NCBI GenBank assembly: GCA_050250895.1
Contig: JBFWNU010000001.1
Location: 1,512,008-1,576,007, forward strand
Source of the DNA: Vulcanimicrobiota bacterium
GTDB lineage: Bacteria > Vulcanimicrobiota > Xenobia > Xenobiales > JADMJV01
Direction: 5' to 3'
Length of the DNA: 64,000 nucleotides
Shown here: positions 16,920 through 26,099 of the stretch, in pieces
Layout: every line of letters begins with the position of its first letter
Position numbering within the stretch: the stretch's first letter is position 1
Program-made: the position numbers and the translations under genes
The notes under the pieces: model-generated
The model's database searches: none
What the model saw: the letters and a program-made list of their open reading frames with translations, nothing else
Told to the model about the DNA's origin: nothing

Positions 16920-17593
16920 TGCGTCGCCAGATACCGCTCATCATCACCTTCCTGTCCGGGTTGGTGCTGGTGGTTCAATACTACTTTTCTACCCTCAACC
17001 ACATCGGCGATACGGTGGCCGACTGGTTTCAGGCGATTAGCGCTTTCGCCTACGTGTTGGGCGCGGCTAGCCTGGTGGTGGTCAACGGCCGCAAGATCCA
17101 GCGCCAGTCTCCGGGCTGGTTCTACAATCTCGTCTTGCTACTGTCGCTATTCATCACTCTCTATGTGGGCATGTTCAACGACTTCATCGGGTTGGGCTAT
17201 CCCGGGCATAACCCGGTGGCCGAAGGCACGACCTTCGACTGGCTCTTCCAGTATGTTCACACCCCGCTCTCGGCCACCATGTTCAGCTTGCTGGCTTTCT
17301 TCATCGCCTCGGCTGCCTACCGTGCTTTCAAAGCGCGCAGTATCGAGTCGACCTTACTACTGGGCTCGGCCTTTCTGGTGATGATCTTCCGCGTTCCCCT
17401 GGGTGAGTTGATCTGGAACGAGTCGGGCCTGGGCAACTGGTTCTCCATCGGCAAGTTCATCGATGACTACATCATGGGTGGCTTTAACGTGGCCGGCCAG
17501 CGAGCCATTCAGGTGGCCGCGGCCATCGGCCTGATTTCGGTCTCGCTCAAAATCATGCTCGGCATCGAGCGGTCCTATCTGGGAGGTGACTAG
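16916..17593 (+). CDS. Conserved integral membrane protein (~6 TM)
   Basis: ATGA overlap; hydrophobic helices; PLSATMFSLLAFFIASAAYRAFKARS and LGIERSYLG. Confidence 0.8.
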   Translation: MMRRQIPLIITFLSGLVLVVQYYFSTLNHIGDTVADWFQAISAFAYVLGAASLVVVNGRKIQRQSPGWFYNLVLLLSLFITLYVGMFNDFIGLGYPGHNPVAEGTTFDWLFQYVHTPLSATMFSLLAFFIASAAYRAFKARSIESTLLLGSAFLVMIFRVPLGELIWNESGLGNWFSIGKFIDDYIMGGFNVAGQRAIQVAAAIGLISVSLKIMLGIERSYLGGD

Positions 17594-18453
17594 TGGAGCA
17601 GCCCAAGCCCCAGAACGCCGATATCCTCACCCGGCTGGCTACCCTCGATCGGCGCATCATCTTCATCGTCATCGCCTTTGCCGTGGCCATCCCCATCTTT
17701 TTCCCCCTGGGGTTACCCATTGCGCCGACCAAATCGGTGATCGGAGCCTACGACTATACCGAGAAGCTAAAACCCGGCAGCCTGTTGCTCTTTTCATACG
17801 ACTACGGCCCGTCGACCAAGGTCGAGCTACACCCGATGGTTTTGGCTGCCATGGACCAGGTGCTCAAGAAAGACTGCAAGATCATCGGCATGGCCCTCTA
17901 TCCTGAGGGCCAGGCTCTGTGCGACGAGTCGTTTGCGGCCATGATGAAGCTGCACCCCGACAAGAAATACGGCGTCGATCTCGTCAACCTGGGCTATAAG
18001 GCCGGCAACGAGGGCGTGCTGGTCAGTCTGGGCCTCGACTTTCGCGGCCTCTTTCCGGTCGATGCCCGAGGCACGCCCCTATCCGACATTCCCGCCCTGC
18101 GCAGGATCACGCGTCTGCAAGATTTCGACCTGGTGGCCAGCTACTCGGCCGGCTATCCCGGAGCCCTCGAGCACATCCGTCTAACCAACGCCCAGTATGG
18201 CTTGCCGCTGATCGTCGGGACCACGGCCGTGCAGACTCCCCAGTATTATCCCTATTTCAACTCGGGTCAGCTCAAGGGTCTGATCGGCGGGCTGGGCGGC
18301 GCGGCCGAGTACGAGAAGTTGAGCGGCTTTGAGGGCACAGCCACGTCAGGGATGGACGCCCAATCCATCGCTCACTTCGTCATCGCCGCCTTTATCTTGA
18401 TGGCCAACATCATCTACTTCCTACAGTGGCGTGACCGCCAGGAGGCGCGATGA
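17593..18453 (+). CDS. TM + alpha/beta domain + TM protein (probable distant DUF6754 paralogue)
   Basis: TAGTG overlap; YGVDLVNLGYKAG, GQLKGLIGGLGGAAEYE, GMDAQSIAH. Confidence 0.8.
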   Translation: MEQPKPQNADILTRLATLDRRIIFIVIAFAVAIPIFFPLGLPIAPTKSVIGAYDYTEKLKPGSLLLFSYDYGPSTKVELHPMVLAAMDQVLKKDCKIIGMALYPEGQALCDESFAAMMKLHPDKKYGVDLVNLGYKAGNEGVLVSLGLDFRGLFPVDARGTPLSDIPALRRITRLQDFDLVASYSAGYPGALEHIRLTNAQYGLPLIVGTTAVQTPQYYPYFNSGQLKGLIGGLGGAAEYEKLSGFEGTATSGMDAQSIAHFVIAAFILMANIIYFLQWRDRQEAR

Positions 18454-19118
18454 CCGAAACCTACACGATATCGCAGGTCTTCGGGATCTGGACGGCCGGT
18501 TTCTTGACCGTCTGCGTGTTCAGCTTTCTCTACGGCGACAACCCGCTTTACAAATTCGCCGAGCACGTCTATGTCGGGGTCTCGGCCGGTTACTGGATGT
18601 GCCTGGGCTACTGGCAGACTATCGAGCCGATCATCTTCGAGCGCTTGCTCAAGTTCGATTGGTGGGCCCTCTTGCCGCTGGGTCTGGGCATCATGCTACT
18701 GTTGCGGTTGTTTCCCCAGACGGCCTGGGTGTCGCGCTGGCCGCTAGCCTTTCTGGTGGGCGTCTATGCCGGTCTCAACATCGTCTTGACCATGCAGGCT
18801 CAAGTGCTCAAGCAGGTCGAGGACACCATCGTGCCCCTGGCGGGCAGCGAGTTGACCTGGGGTCAACTGGTGGTCAACTGGATCCTGGTGGTGGGCTTTT
18901 TTACCGGTCTCATCTATTTCTACTTCTCGGTCGAGCACAAGGGCTGGTTCTTCGGCGGGGCCGCCCGGGTTGGTATCTGGATGCTGATGATCGCCCTGGG
19001 AGCCTCCTTTGGCTATACGGTCATGGCCCGGGTCTCGCTGTTGATCGGGCGGGTCATGTTCTTTAAAGACGAGTTTTTGCCGGCCACCTTGCACTTTTTC
19101 TTGAGAGGTGGCGGATGA
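18450..19118 (+). CDS. Conserved integral membrane protein (~6 TM)
   Basis: ATGA overlap; SFLYGDNPLYKFAEHVYVGVSAGY and ALGASFGYTVMARVSLLIGR. Confidence 0.8.
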   Translation: MTETYTISQVFGIWTAGFLTVCVFSFLYGDNPLYKFAEHVYVGVSAGYWMCLGYWQTIEPIIFERLLKFDWWALLPLGLGIMLLLRLFPQTAWVSRWPLAFLVGVYAGLNIVLTMQAQVLKQVEDTIVPLAGSELTWGQLVVNWILVVGFFTGLIYFYFSVEHKGWFFGGAARVGIWMLMIALGASFGYTVMARVSLLIGRVMFFKDEFLPATLHFFLRGGG

Positions 19119-19510
19119 GCATCACCTTTCATCCCGCCGCCGAGCGACCGGTGGCGGCGGCCGGGCTGGCCTTCTTTCTGGGCCTGGTCGGGGCCGTCTT
19201 GATGCACCTGGTCTCACCGGTAGTAGCCCTGTCGCTGAGCTTGGCCCTGGCCGCGTCGCTGGCAAGCTTCTTCTTGCCCACCGTTTACGAGTTCGCCGAC
19301 GAGACCATCACGGTCAGCCGGCTGGGCGCCCGCCAGACTTATGCCTGGTCGCGCTTTCGTAGCTTCGAGCAGGACAAGAACGGAGTCTTCCTCTCTCCTT
19401 ATCGCCAGCGCCATCGCCTGGACCGTTTGCGAGGCGTCTTCCTTCCCCTGGACCGCGCCCGCCGCCATCAACTCAAACCGCTGCTGGAGGCCCGTCTTGT
19501 CGAGCGTTAG
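19115..19510 (+). CDS. 2-TM protein with a C-terminal bacterial PH/YcxB-like domain
   Basis: ATGA overlap; FFLPTVYEF...YAWSRFRS...NGVFLSP...RGVFL. Confidence 0.7.
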   Translation: MSITFHPAAERPVAAAGLAFFLGLVGAVLMHLVSPVVALSLSLALAASLASFFLPTVYEFADETITVSRLGARQTYAWSRFRSFEQDKNGVFLSPYRQRHRLDRLRGVFLPLDRARRHQLKPLLEARLVER

Positions 19511-19772
19511 CCAGACCCCCGACGTGGCCACCCTGATCGAGAAGGTCTCGGACCAGATCGTGGCCCGGCGCCTGTCGACGGCGGCCATCTTCATCCTCGA
19601 GTCAGGCAAGCCGCTGACCACCGTGGGTAGCCAGTTTCTGATCTTTCTCGACCCCATCCTCAAGATTTTCTTGACCGTGCCCGACTATCAGCTTTTCATC
19701 GAGCTGCTCGAAGACCGCCAGAAGGTTGAAGAACTCATCTGCGCCATCGAGCGAAAAGAGGACGCGCTGTGA
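19497..19772 (+). CDS. Small conserved helical protein (91 aa)
   Basis: GGAGG 6 nt before TTG 19497; AAIFILESGKPL..VGSQFLIFLDP; stop overlaps the next GTG. Confidence 0.7.
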   Translation: MSSVSQTPDVATLIEKVSDQIVARRLSTAAIFILESGKPLTTVGSQFLIFLDPILKIFLTVPDYQLFIELLEDRQKVEELICAIERKEDAL

Positions 19773-21556
19773 AAGAGATCCGCAGCATTCTGGCCACCGA
19801 TTGCGGCAGCACCACCACCAAGTGCATCCTGATCGAAAAGCAGGGCGACGAGTATCGGCTGGCCGTGCGCGGCGAGGCTCCCACCACGGTCGAGGCCCCG
19901 GCTGAAGATGTCACCCAGGGGGTGGCCAACGCCGTGGCCGAGGTGCAAGAGCTGGCCGGGCGCCCCATGCTCGACGACAAACGCGAGCTGATCAAGCCTT
20001 ACGACGGCAAACAGGGAGTCGACATCTATCTCTCGACCTCGTCGGCGGGCGGGGGTTTGCAGATGGTGGTGGGCGGGGTGGTTCGCGAGATGACGGCCAA
20101 GAGCGCCCAGAAGGCCGCGCTGGGGGCCGGAGCCATCGTGATGGACGTGCTGGCCTCTAACGACAAGCGCCTGCCCCACGAGAAAATCGAGACCATTCGC
20201 CAGCTGCGCCCCGACATGGTGCTGCTGGCCGGCGGAGTCGACGGGGGCACGGTCAAGCATGTGGTCGAGTTGGCTCAGATCGTGGGCGCGGCCGACCCGC
20301 GGCCGCGCCTGGGCGTGAGCTACGAGTTGCCGGTCATCTTCGCGGGCAACATCGACGCTCGCGAGAACGTCGAACAGATCCTGGGACACAAGACGGCGCT
20401 CGAAGTGGTCGACAACCTGCGGCCCTCGATGGAGAAGGAGAATCTCCAGCCCTCGCGCCTCAAGATTCAGGACCAGTTTCTCGAGCACGTCATGGCTCAC
20501 GCGCCCGGCTATCCGCGCCTGATGACCTGGGTCGACGAAGAGATCATGCCGACCCCGGCGGCGGTCGGCTCGATCATGCAGCGGATCGCCGAGAAATACG
20601 ACATCACCGTGGTCGGGGTCGACATCGGCGGCGCTACCACGGATGTCTTCTCGGTCTTCGAGGGAGTCTTCAACCGCACCGTCTCGGCCAACTACGGCAT
20701 GAGCTATTCGTTCTCGAACGTCTTTGCCGACGCCGGCATCGATAACGTCATGCGGTGGGTGCCGTTCGACATGGAAGAGCGTGATCTGCGCAACCGCATC
20801 AAGAACAAGATGATCCGGCCCACCTCGATCCCCTATCTGATGACCGAGTTGGTGGTCGAGCAAGCCATGGCTCGCGAGGCCCTGCGCCTATCCTTTGACC
20901 AGCACAAGCTGCTGGCTACCGGCCTCAAGGGGGTGCAGAGGGTCAACGACATCTCGGCCATGTTCAGCTTTGGCGAAGCGCCTGAAGACACCCTGGTCAA
21001 CGTGATGGAGTTGGACATGCTGATCGGCTCGGGAGGAGTGCTCTCGCATGCCCCCCGCCGGGCTCAGTCGGCTATGATGATGATCGACGCCTTCTTGCCC
21101 GAGGGGGTCACGCAGCTAACGGTCGACTCGATCTTCATGATGCCTCAGCTGGGCGTGCTGGCCAAGGTGCACCCCGAGGCGGCTACCCAGGTGTTCGAGA
21201 AGGACTGCCTGATCTATCTTGGCACCTGTATTGCTCCGGTGGGCCCCTCCAAACCGGGGCGCACCGTGTTGACCGGCACCATCGGGAGCACGGACTTCGA
21301 GCTTCGCTATGGCGAGCTGAAGGTGATTCCCATGAAGGTCGGCGAGAAGGCGTGGGCCCTGTTGCGCCCCACCCGAGGACTGGACGTGGGCGCCGGTCGC
21401 GGCCACCCTCTCGAAACGACCGTCCATGGTGGCGTGGCCGGCATTATCCTCGACGGCCGCGGTCGCCGCCCCTTCGAGGTGCCCAAAGACAAGCAAGAAC
21501 GGATCGAGAAGCTACTGGCCTGGAACAAGGCTCTCGATCTCTATCCGGAGTTCTAA
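19769..21556 (+). CDS. GlmL/MutL-like (glutamate mutase L family) ASKHA ATPase
   Basis: Phosphate-1 ATDCGSTTTK, SSAGGGL, LAGGVDGG, MPTPAAV, phosphate-2 VDIGGATTDVFS, adenosine IGSGGVLSHAP. Confidence 0.85.
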   Translation: MKEIRSILATDCGSTTTKCILIEKQGDEYRLAVRGEAPTTVEAPAEDVTQGVANAVAEVQELAGRPMLDDKRELIKPYDGKQGVDIYLSTSSAGGGLQMVVGGVVREMTAKSAQKAALGAGAIVMDVLASNDKRLPHEKIETIRQLRPDMVLLAGGVDGGTVKHVVELAQIVGAADPRPRLGVSYELPVIFAGNIDARENVEQILGHKTALEVVDNLRPSMEKENLQPSRLKIQDQFLEHVMAHAPGYPRLMTWVDEEIMPTPAAVGSIMQRIAEKYDITVVGVDIGGATTDVFSVFEGVFNRTVSANYGMSYSFSNVFADAGIDNVMRWVPFDMEERDLRNRIKNKMIRPTSIPYLMTELVVEQAMAREALRLSFDQHKLLATGLKGVQRVNDISAMFSFGEAPEDTLVNVMELDMLIGSGGVLSHAPRRAQSAMMMIDAFLPEGVTQLTVDSIFMMPQLGVLAKVHPEAATQVFEKDCLIYLGTCIAPVGPSKPGRTVLTGTIGSTDFELRYGELKVIPMKVGEKAWALLRPTRGLDVGAGRGHPLETTVHGGVAGIILDGRGRRPFEVPKDKQERIEKLLAWNKALDLYPEF

Positions 21557-22677
21557 TGGGAGCCTACACACCCGGCCTCAAGGTCACCGAGAATACGCTG
21601 CTCAAGCTCGAGCGGCGCCTGCCCCTGGATGGCGAGGTGCTCGCGCAGGAAGGCGACAAGGTCGTCTGGGACACCATCGTGGCCCGCACCGACCTGCCCG
21701 GTCGAGTGGACATGATCAACGTGGCCAACAAGCTGGGTATCGAGGCAGCGGCCGTGCCTGGGGCGATGTTCAAGAAGGTCGGCGAGCCCATCGGAAAAGG
21801 CGACCCGATGGCTCAGAACGAGGGTTTTTTCGGGTTTTTCAAGTCGACTCTGCCGGCCCCGATGGCGGGCACCATCGAATCGGTCTCGGAGATCACCGGT
21901 CAGGTCATCTTGCGGGCTCCGCCACGACTGGTCGAGATTTCGGCCTATGTCGAGGGGGTGGTCGATCAGGTGCTGCCCAACCAGGGGGTGGTGGTCAAGA
22001 CTTTCGGCACTTTTATCCAGGGTATTTTCGGCATCGGCGGCGAGACCTCGGGCGAACTGGTGATGGTGGCCGAGGCTCCCGACCAGCCGATGACCCCCGA
22101 TCAAATCAAGCCCGAACACGCCGGTAAGATCGTAGTCGGCGGCAGCCTGGTCACCAACCCGGTGCTGGCGGCCGCCATTTCGACCGGGGTGAAGGGTCTC
22201 ATCGTGGGCGGGATTCACGACCAGGACCTGCGCGATTTTCTGGGCTACGACCTGGGCGTGGCCATTACCGGCTCCGAGCGCAAGGGGGTGACCCTGGTAG
22301 TCACCGAGGGCTTTGGCCCCATCCCCATGGCTCGGCGCACCTTCGAGCTGTTGCGCTCGAAGGTGGGCCGGCGCGCCTCAATGTCGGGGGCCACCCAGAT
22401 CCGCGCCGGCGTGATTCGCCCCGAAGTGATCATTCCCGAGCTCGAAGGCGACTGGCTGCAGAGCGAAGACCGCGTGCTCGATCTCGAACTGGCCGTAGGC
22501 GCTCCGGTGCGTATCATCCGTGAGCCCAACTTTGGCCGCCTGGCCAAGGTGGTGGCCCTGCCGGTCGAACCGGCCGTCATTCCCAGCGAGGCCAAGGTGC
22601 GAGTGGCCGAGATCGAACTCGAAGGCGGCGAGCGAATGATTTTGCCCCGAGCGAATCTGGAGCTGATCGAAGGCTGA
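21556..22677 (+). CDS. Conserved protein with barrel-sandwich-hybrid (RnfC/NqrA-N-like) segments, an alpha/beta core and a C-terminal KOW/SH3-like domain
   Basis: TAATG overlap; GEVLAQEGDKV, APMAGTIESVS, AYVEGVVDQV; LVVTEGFG; VGAPVRIIREPNFGRLAKV. Confidence 0.75.
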   Translation: MGAYTPGLKVTENTLLKLERRLPLDGEVLAQEGDKVVWDTIVARTDLPGRVDMINVANKLGIEAAAVPGAMFKKVGEPIGKGDPMAQNEGFFGFFKSTLPAPMAGTIESVSEITGQVILRAPPRLVEISAYVEGVVDQVLPNQGVVVKTFGTFIQGIFGIGGETSGELVMVAEAPDQPMTPDQIKPEHAGKIVVGGSLVTNPVLAAAISTGVKGLIVGGIHDQDLRDFLGYDLGVAITGSERKGVTLVVTEGFGPIPMARRTFELLRSKVGRRASMSGATQIRAGVIRPEVIIPELEGDWLQSEDRVLDLELAVGAPVRIIREPNFGRLAKVVALPVEPAVIPSEAKVRVAEIELEGGERMILPRANLELIEG

Positions 22678-22812
22678 GGCCGCTCGCTTTGCTCGCCGGG
22701 GAGCGCTCGCTGTGCTCGCGAGAAAGGAGCGCCGACTGCGTCGGCGGGAGTGGGAGCTCTTGCTTCGCTCGAGGGAAGGGAGCGTCGGTCGCTGCCGCTC
22801 CCTCCGGGAGTT
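22678..22812. repeat. REP-like palindromic cluster between convergent genes
   Basis: cgctcgctttgctcgc / cgctcgctgtgctcgc; hairpins cgccgac-tgc-gtcggcg and gggagcg...cgctccc. Confidence 0.5.
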
Positions 22813-22815
22813 GGG

Positions 22816-23724
22816 CTAAAGGGCCAGGTCGAGCAGGAGTTTGGTGTGGCCTCGGGTGAGGCGCCAGCGGGGTTGGGCGCGCTCAAGGCGGGTCCAGCCG
22901 AGGGTCAGAATGTCGCCTGGCTCGAGGCCGAGTTGATGCAGCGGTCCCTGGCAGCCCGGTGAGCAGCTGATATGGTAGACATCCCACTCACTGTCGAGCC
23001 GGCAGCCGGGTTGCAGTCGCCCGCGGACGGCCACGGCCTGGTGGGTGCGCTGCAGCCGATCGGCCCGGTCGACGACTTCGAGTTGTCGCGAAAGCGGAGC
23101 GGTAGCCATCCAGCCGTCGGCCCCCCGGGTGAAGCTGACATCGGGAAATTCACTCTCGAGAGCACGGATGATGCTATCATCCTGGGTATTGGGCTGAAAG
23201 GGAAGTGGCCCTGACTGCACGGGTGTTTGGTCGATGGCTGCGAGCAGGCGCTTGAAGGCCAGCAGATCCACCAGGGAGCCGACACAGTAGAAGCCGTTCA
23301 GCTTCGGATGTAAGCGGAGGACCATGGTAGGAAATCGACGCTGCATGAGAGGCAGCAACTCTCGGGCCGACGCCCCTTCCAGTAGAAACTCCTGACCGCA
23401 GTACTCCCCTCGGATATCGCGCACCGGGATGAGTAGCAACTGGCGGCCGACCAGCTTCCACTCGTCGCGGCCCACTATTTCATCGAGGGCCTGTAGGGCC
23501 GATGCGCCGGTCAAGTCGAGGTTGACCTGGCCCTCGAGGTTACCGATCACTTCCAGGCCGGCCCGCTGGGCGACCAGGGCGATGGCCTGGTCGCGGCCGA
23601 ATTGGCCCCGCAGTTCGACCGGCGTCTCGAGGCCGATAGGTTGGCGGGTGAGGGCCGCCGAGAGGACCACGACCACCAGCAAGAACCCGAGTTCGGCCAC
23701 TCTTCGCACGTTCAGTCCCACCAC
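22816..23724 (-). CDS. Membrane-anchored protein with secretin N-terminal-type (STN/N0 + NolW-like) domains and no secretin barrel
   Basis: GQVNLDLTGASALQALDEIV; LEGASARELLPLM...NGFYCVGS...KRLLAAIDQ. Start may be GTG ~23709. Confidence 0.55.
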   Translation of the reverse strand: MVGLNVRRVAELGFLLVVVVLSAALTRQPIGLETPVELRGQFGRDQAIALVAQRAGLEVIGNLEGQVNLDLTGASALQALDEIVGRDEWKLVGRQLLLIPVRDIRGEYCGQEFLLEGASARELLPLMQRRFPTMVLRLHPKLNGFYCVGSLVDLLAFKRLLAAIDQTPVQSGPLPFQPNTQDDSIIRALESEFPDVSFTRGADGWMATAPLSRQLEVVDRADRLQRTHQAVAVRGRLQPGCRLDSEWDVYHISCSPGCQGPLHQLGLEPGDILTLGWTRLERAQPRWRLTRGHTKLLLDLAL

Positions 23725-24323
23725 AGGTCGAGCATCTGCTCTTGCCGGATCTGTTCTTGCAGAGCTTCGATGTCGCCCAGGCCTTGATCGACGATGTCGG
23801 GGCAGAAGCGGTAGACGCGGGCGGCGAACTCGGGGAGGGGGTCGGGCACCTTCTTGAGTCGCAAAGTGATGGAGTCGGTACTGGCCTGATAGATGTCGAT
23901 ACCTAGCTCGCGGTCCCAGGCTTGCAGCTCGTCGACGAGATCCGAGGTGCTCAGGCCATAGTTGACCGCGTCGCTGGCGGCCACCCGCAGGATTTCAAAC
24001 TGGTTCGAGCCGGGGGCGACCACCAACTCGGTGCCCTGGGCGGGCGGGTCGGCCAGGCTGTGGATGGTGCCGATGAAGGCCACGTAGCCGGCCGGCAGGC
24101 GAGCCCGGATGTCGGCTAACAGGGGTTCGGCTTGCTCAGGGTCGACCAGCACCGAACGCGCACCATCGTAACGCTCACGACCGAATTCGCGGGTAGAAAA
24201 AGGACGCACGGGCTGACCGGTGGCCTCGGCCAGGACTTGCTCGGCCGGGTCGCTGGCGCCGCCTGGGCCGCAGGCCACCATCAAAGCCAGCATCAGCATG
24301 CCAAAGTCGCGCAGTCTGGACAC
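23712..24323 (-). CDS. DUF4253-family lipoprotein
   Basis: Lipobox MVAC; NYGLST..L...L..W, FCPDIVDQG, C-terminal LWWD. Confidence 0.75.
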   Translation of the reverse strand: MSRLRDFGMLMLALMVACGPGGASDPAEQVLAEATGQPVRPFSTREFGRERYDGARSVLVDPEQAEPLLADIRARLPAGYVAFIGTIHSLADPPAQGTELVVAPGSNQFEILRVAASDAVNYGLSTSDLVDELQAWDRELGIDIYQASTDSITLRLKKVPDPLPEFAARVYRFCPDIVDQGLGDIEALQEQIRQEQMLDLWWD

Positions 24324-24365
24324 TTTAGAACTATTCGGGCCTGGCGAACGAGCGCCTTTGATCGA

Positions 24366-25013
24366 CTAGAGCTTACCGGCCATGAACATCTCCATGGCGC
24401 GTCTTTGCTCGGCCAGCAGGCGTTGCACGGTGGGGCGTTTCTTCATCTCGGCAACAAAGGCCTCAAAGTCGGGCAACTCGGCGAGGGGGTTTGCCTCACC
24501 GGAGAGTTCCATGGTCGTGCCCACCAGAGGCAGAGTGGTGATTCCGGCCAGGTCGGCCAGAGTGAACTCTGAGCCGGCCAGGTAGGGTTGAAACTTGACC
24601 ACCCGTTTGAGGGCCTGCATGCCGAAGGCGACGTCTTCCCTGGCTTTGGCAATCTTGGCCGGGTCTTTGGGCTCGCCGAAATAGGCCCCCCCGAAGAGGG
24701 GGCGCACCGGCGCGTCGAGGTTGAAGTGAATGATGCAGTAGATCTGGTCGGCCACAGCAGCCTGATACGGGTCGGCTGGCAAGAGCGGCGGATTGGGGGC
24801 CAGGCGGTCGAGATAGGTCAGAATCGCGCGGCTTTCGGACAGGAAGCCCTGCTCACACTCGATGGCCGGAATCTTGCCGCAGGGAGAGATTCTAAGAAAC
24901 GACTCTTCGCGATTTGGCTTGACGCCCACTTCCTCAAACTCGAGGCCCTTCTCGAGCATGGCCAGCTTGACGATGTTGTAATAGTTGCTGATGGGAAAGC
25001 CGTGGAGTTTCAT
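24366..25013 (-). CDS. Glutathione S-transferase
   Basis: SNYYNIVKLAMLEKG, SPCGKIPAI, LSESRAILTYL, FTLADL. Confidence 0.92.
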   Translation of the reverse strand: MKLHGFPISNYYNIVKLAMLEKGLEFEEVGVKPNREESFLRISPCGKIPAIECEQGFLSESRAILTYLDRLAPNPPLLPADPYQAAVADQIYCIIHFNLDAPVRPLFGGAYFGEPKDPAKIAKAREDVAFGMQALKRVVKFQPYLAGSEFTLADLAGITTLPLVGTTMELSGEANPLAELPDFEAFVAEMKKRPTVQRLLAEQRRAMEMFMAGKL

Positions 25014-26038
25014 CGAGGAGAATTCCTCCCGGCGCTGCGCGAGACCTCTGCGGCGGGCTTGAAGTCACTCACCTTGAGTTCGAAGATCTGGCGGCCCTCG
25101 TTGGTCAGCATCAGGGTCTCGTTGTCGATGAAACAGAGGCCCTCGGCCTGGCCGGCTCCGTGAAAGACCAATCGGCGGGCTGCCTGTTGGAAGAATTGGT
25201 CTCCCTGGGGCGGGGTATCGAACAGCCAGACCGACTGCACCGGAGCCTCGACCAGCACGGCCAGGCATGATTCGTCGGGAGCCACATCGGCGGCGGTCAC
25301 CCAGCCGCCTAGCTCCTGATTGTCTACCTTGCGGAGTGGGTTGACGCGATCAAAGGTCATTTGATCCAGGCGATAGAGGTTGGCGTCGAGCGCAGGCACC
25401 GAGAGTCGATAAGCCGGTCGATGCTTGGTGATGAAATAGAGATGACCGCGGAACCAGAAACTGGCCTCGCAATCATACTCCCAGGCCGTGCGAGGCGGAA
25501 ACTCGGTCTGGTCCGGATACTCCACGGGAACCCAGCCCAGCACCCTGGTGCGATGCACCGACAGGGGGTTGGGCTCGCGCACCACATAGATGCCGAGGTC
25601 GCGGCGGGCGTTGCCGTTATTGCCCATATCGCAGAGATAGAGGTTGCCATCGCCCAGGGTGATGTCTTCCCAGTCGATGTTGTTGGCCAGGTCGATGGTA
25701 ATGCCGGGGTAAGGCTGCTTCGACTTGTCCCCCGATGGCGGCCCGACGTAGTAGTCTCGGTTTTCAAGCCACTCGGGAATGACCACTCGCCCCCCCCGAT
25801 CCATGGCGAAGACCCGAGCGATATCACCGCTATCGTTGTGAACCCAGAAAAGACCGGGGTAGGTGCGACTGGCGACTACCCCGCTTTGCTCGTTGACCGG
25901 GGCGTGGTCTACGCGGGCGCTGGGGGAGAGCAGCACACCAGATTGGTCGCTGGGCTGACCGAGCACGCCCACGAATACCAGGGCAATCAGTAGCAGAACC
26001 CCCCCGCCCAGGGCCAGGTATCGCCGCCGTCGCGTCAC
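25010..26038 (-). CDS. Membrane-anchored extracellular beta-propeller (phytase-like/SdiA-regulated-like)
   Basis: EQSGVVAS, FWVHNDSGD, DWEDIT, DMGNNGNAR, YDCEA, GQAEGLCF. Start placed at GTG (VTRRRRYL) because the longer ORF overlaps the next gene. Confidence 0.7.
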   Translation of the reverse strand: MTRRRRYLALGGGVLLLIALVFVGVLGQPSDQSGVLLSPSARVDHAPVNEQSGVVASRTYPGLFWVHNDSGDIARVFAMDRGGRVVIPEWLENRDYYVGPPSGDKSKQPYPGITIDLANNIDWEDITLGDGNLYLCDMGNNGNARRDLGIYVVREPNPLSVHRTRVLGWVPVEYPDQTEFPPRTAWEYDCEASFWFRGHLYFITKHRPAYRLSVPALDANLYRLDQMTFDRVNPLRKVDNQELGGWVTAADVAPDESCLAVLVEAPVQSVWLFDTPPQGDQFFQQAARRLVFHGAGQAEGLCFIDNETLMLTNEGRQIFELKVSDFKPAAEVSRSAGRNSPR

Positions 26039-26099
26039 GGCGGCGGAGTTAGACGCAGCTGGGAAGGACTCCTGGCCGACCGGGGCCGAACTGGCGGGC

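Noticed and set aside
19769-21556. Calling this a glutamate/methylaspartate mutase or the DNA-repair MutL
   Set aside because: It has ASKHA motifs only: no GHKL motifs, no B12-binding DxHxxG, and no mutase subunits in the window.
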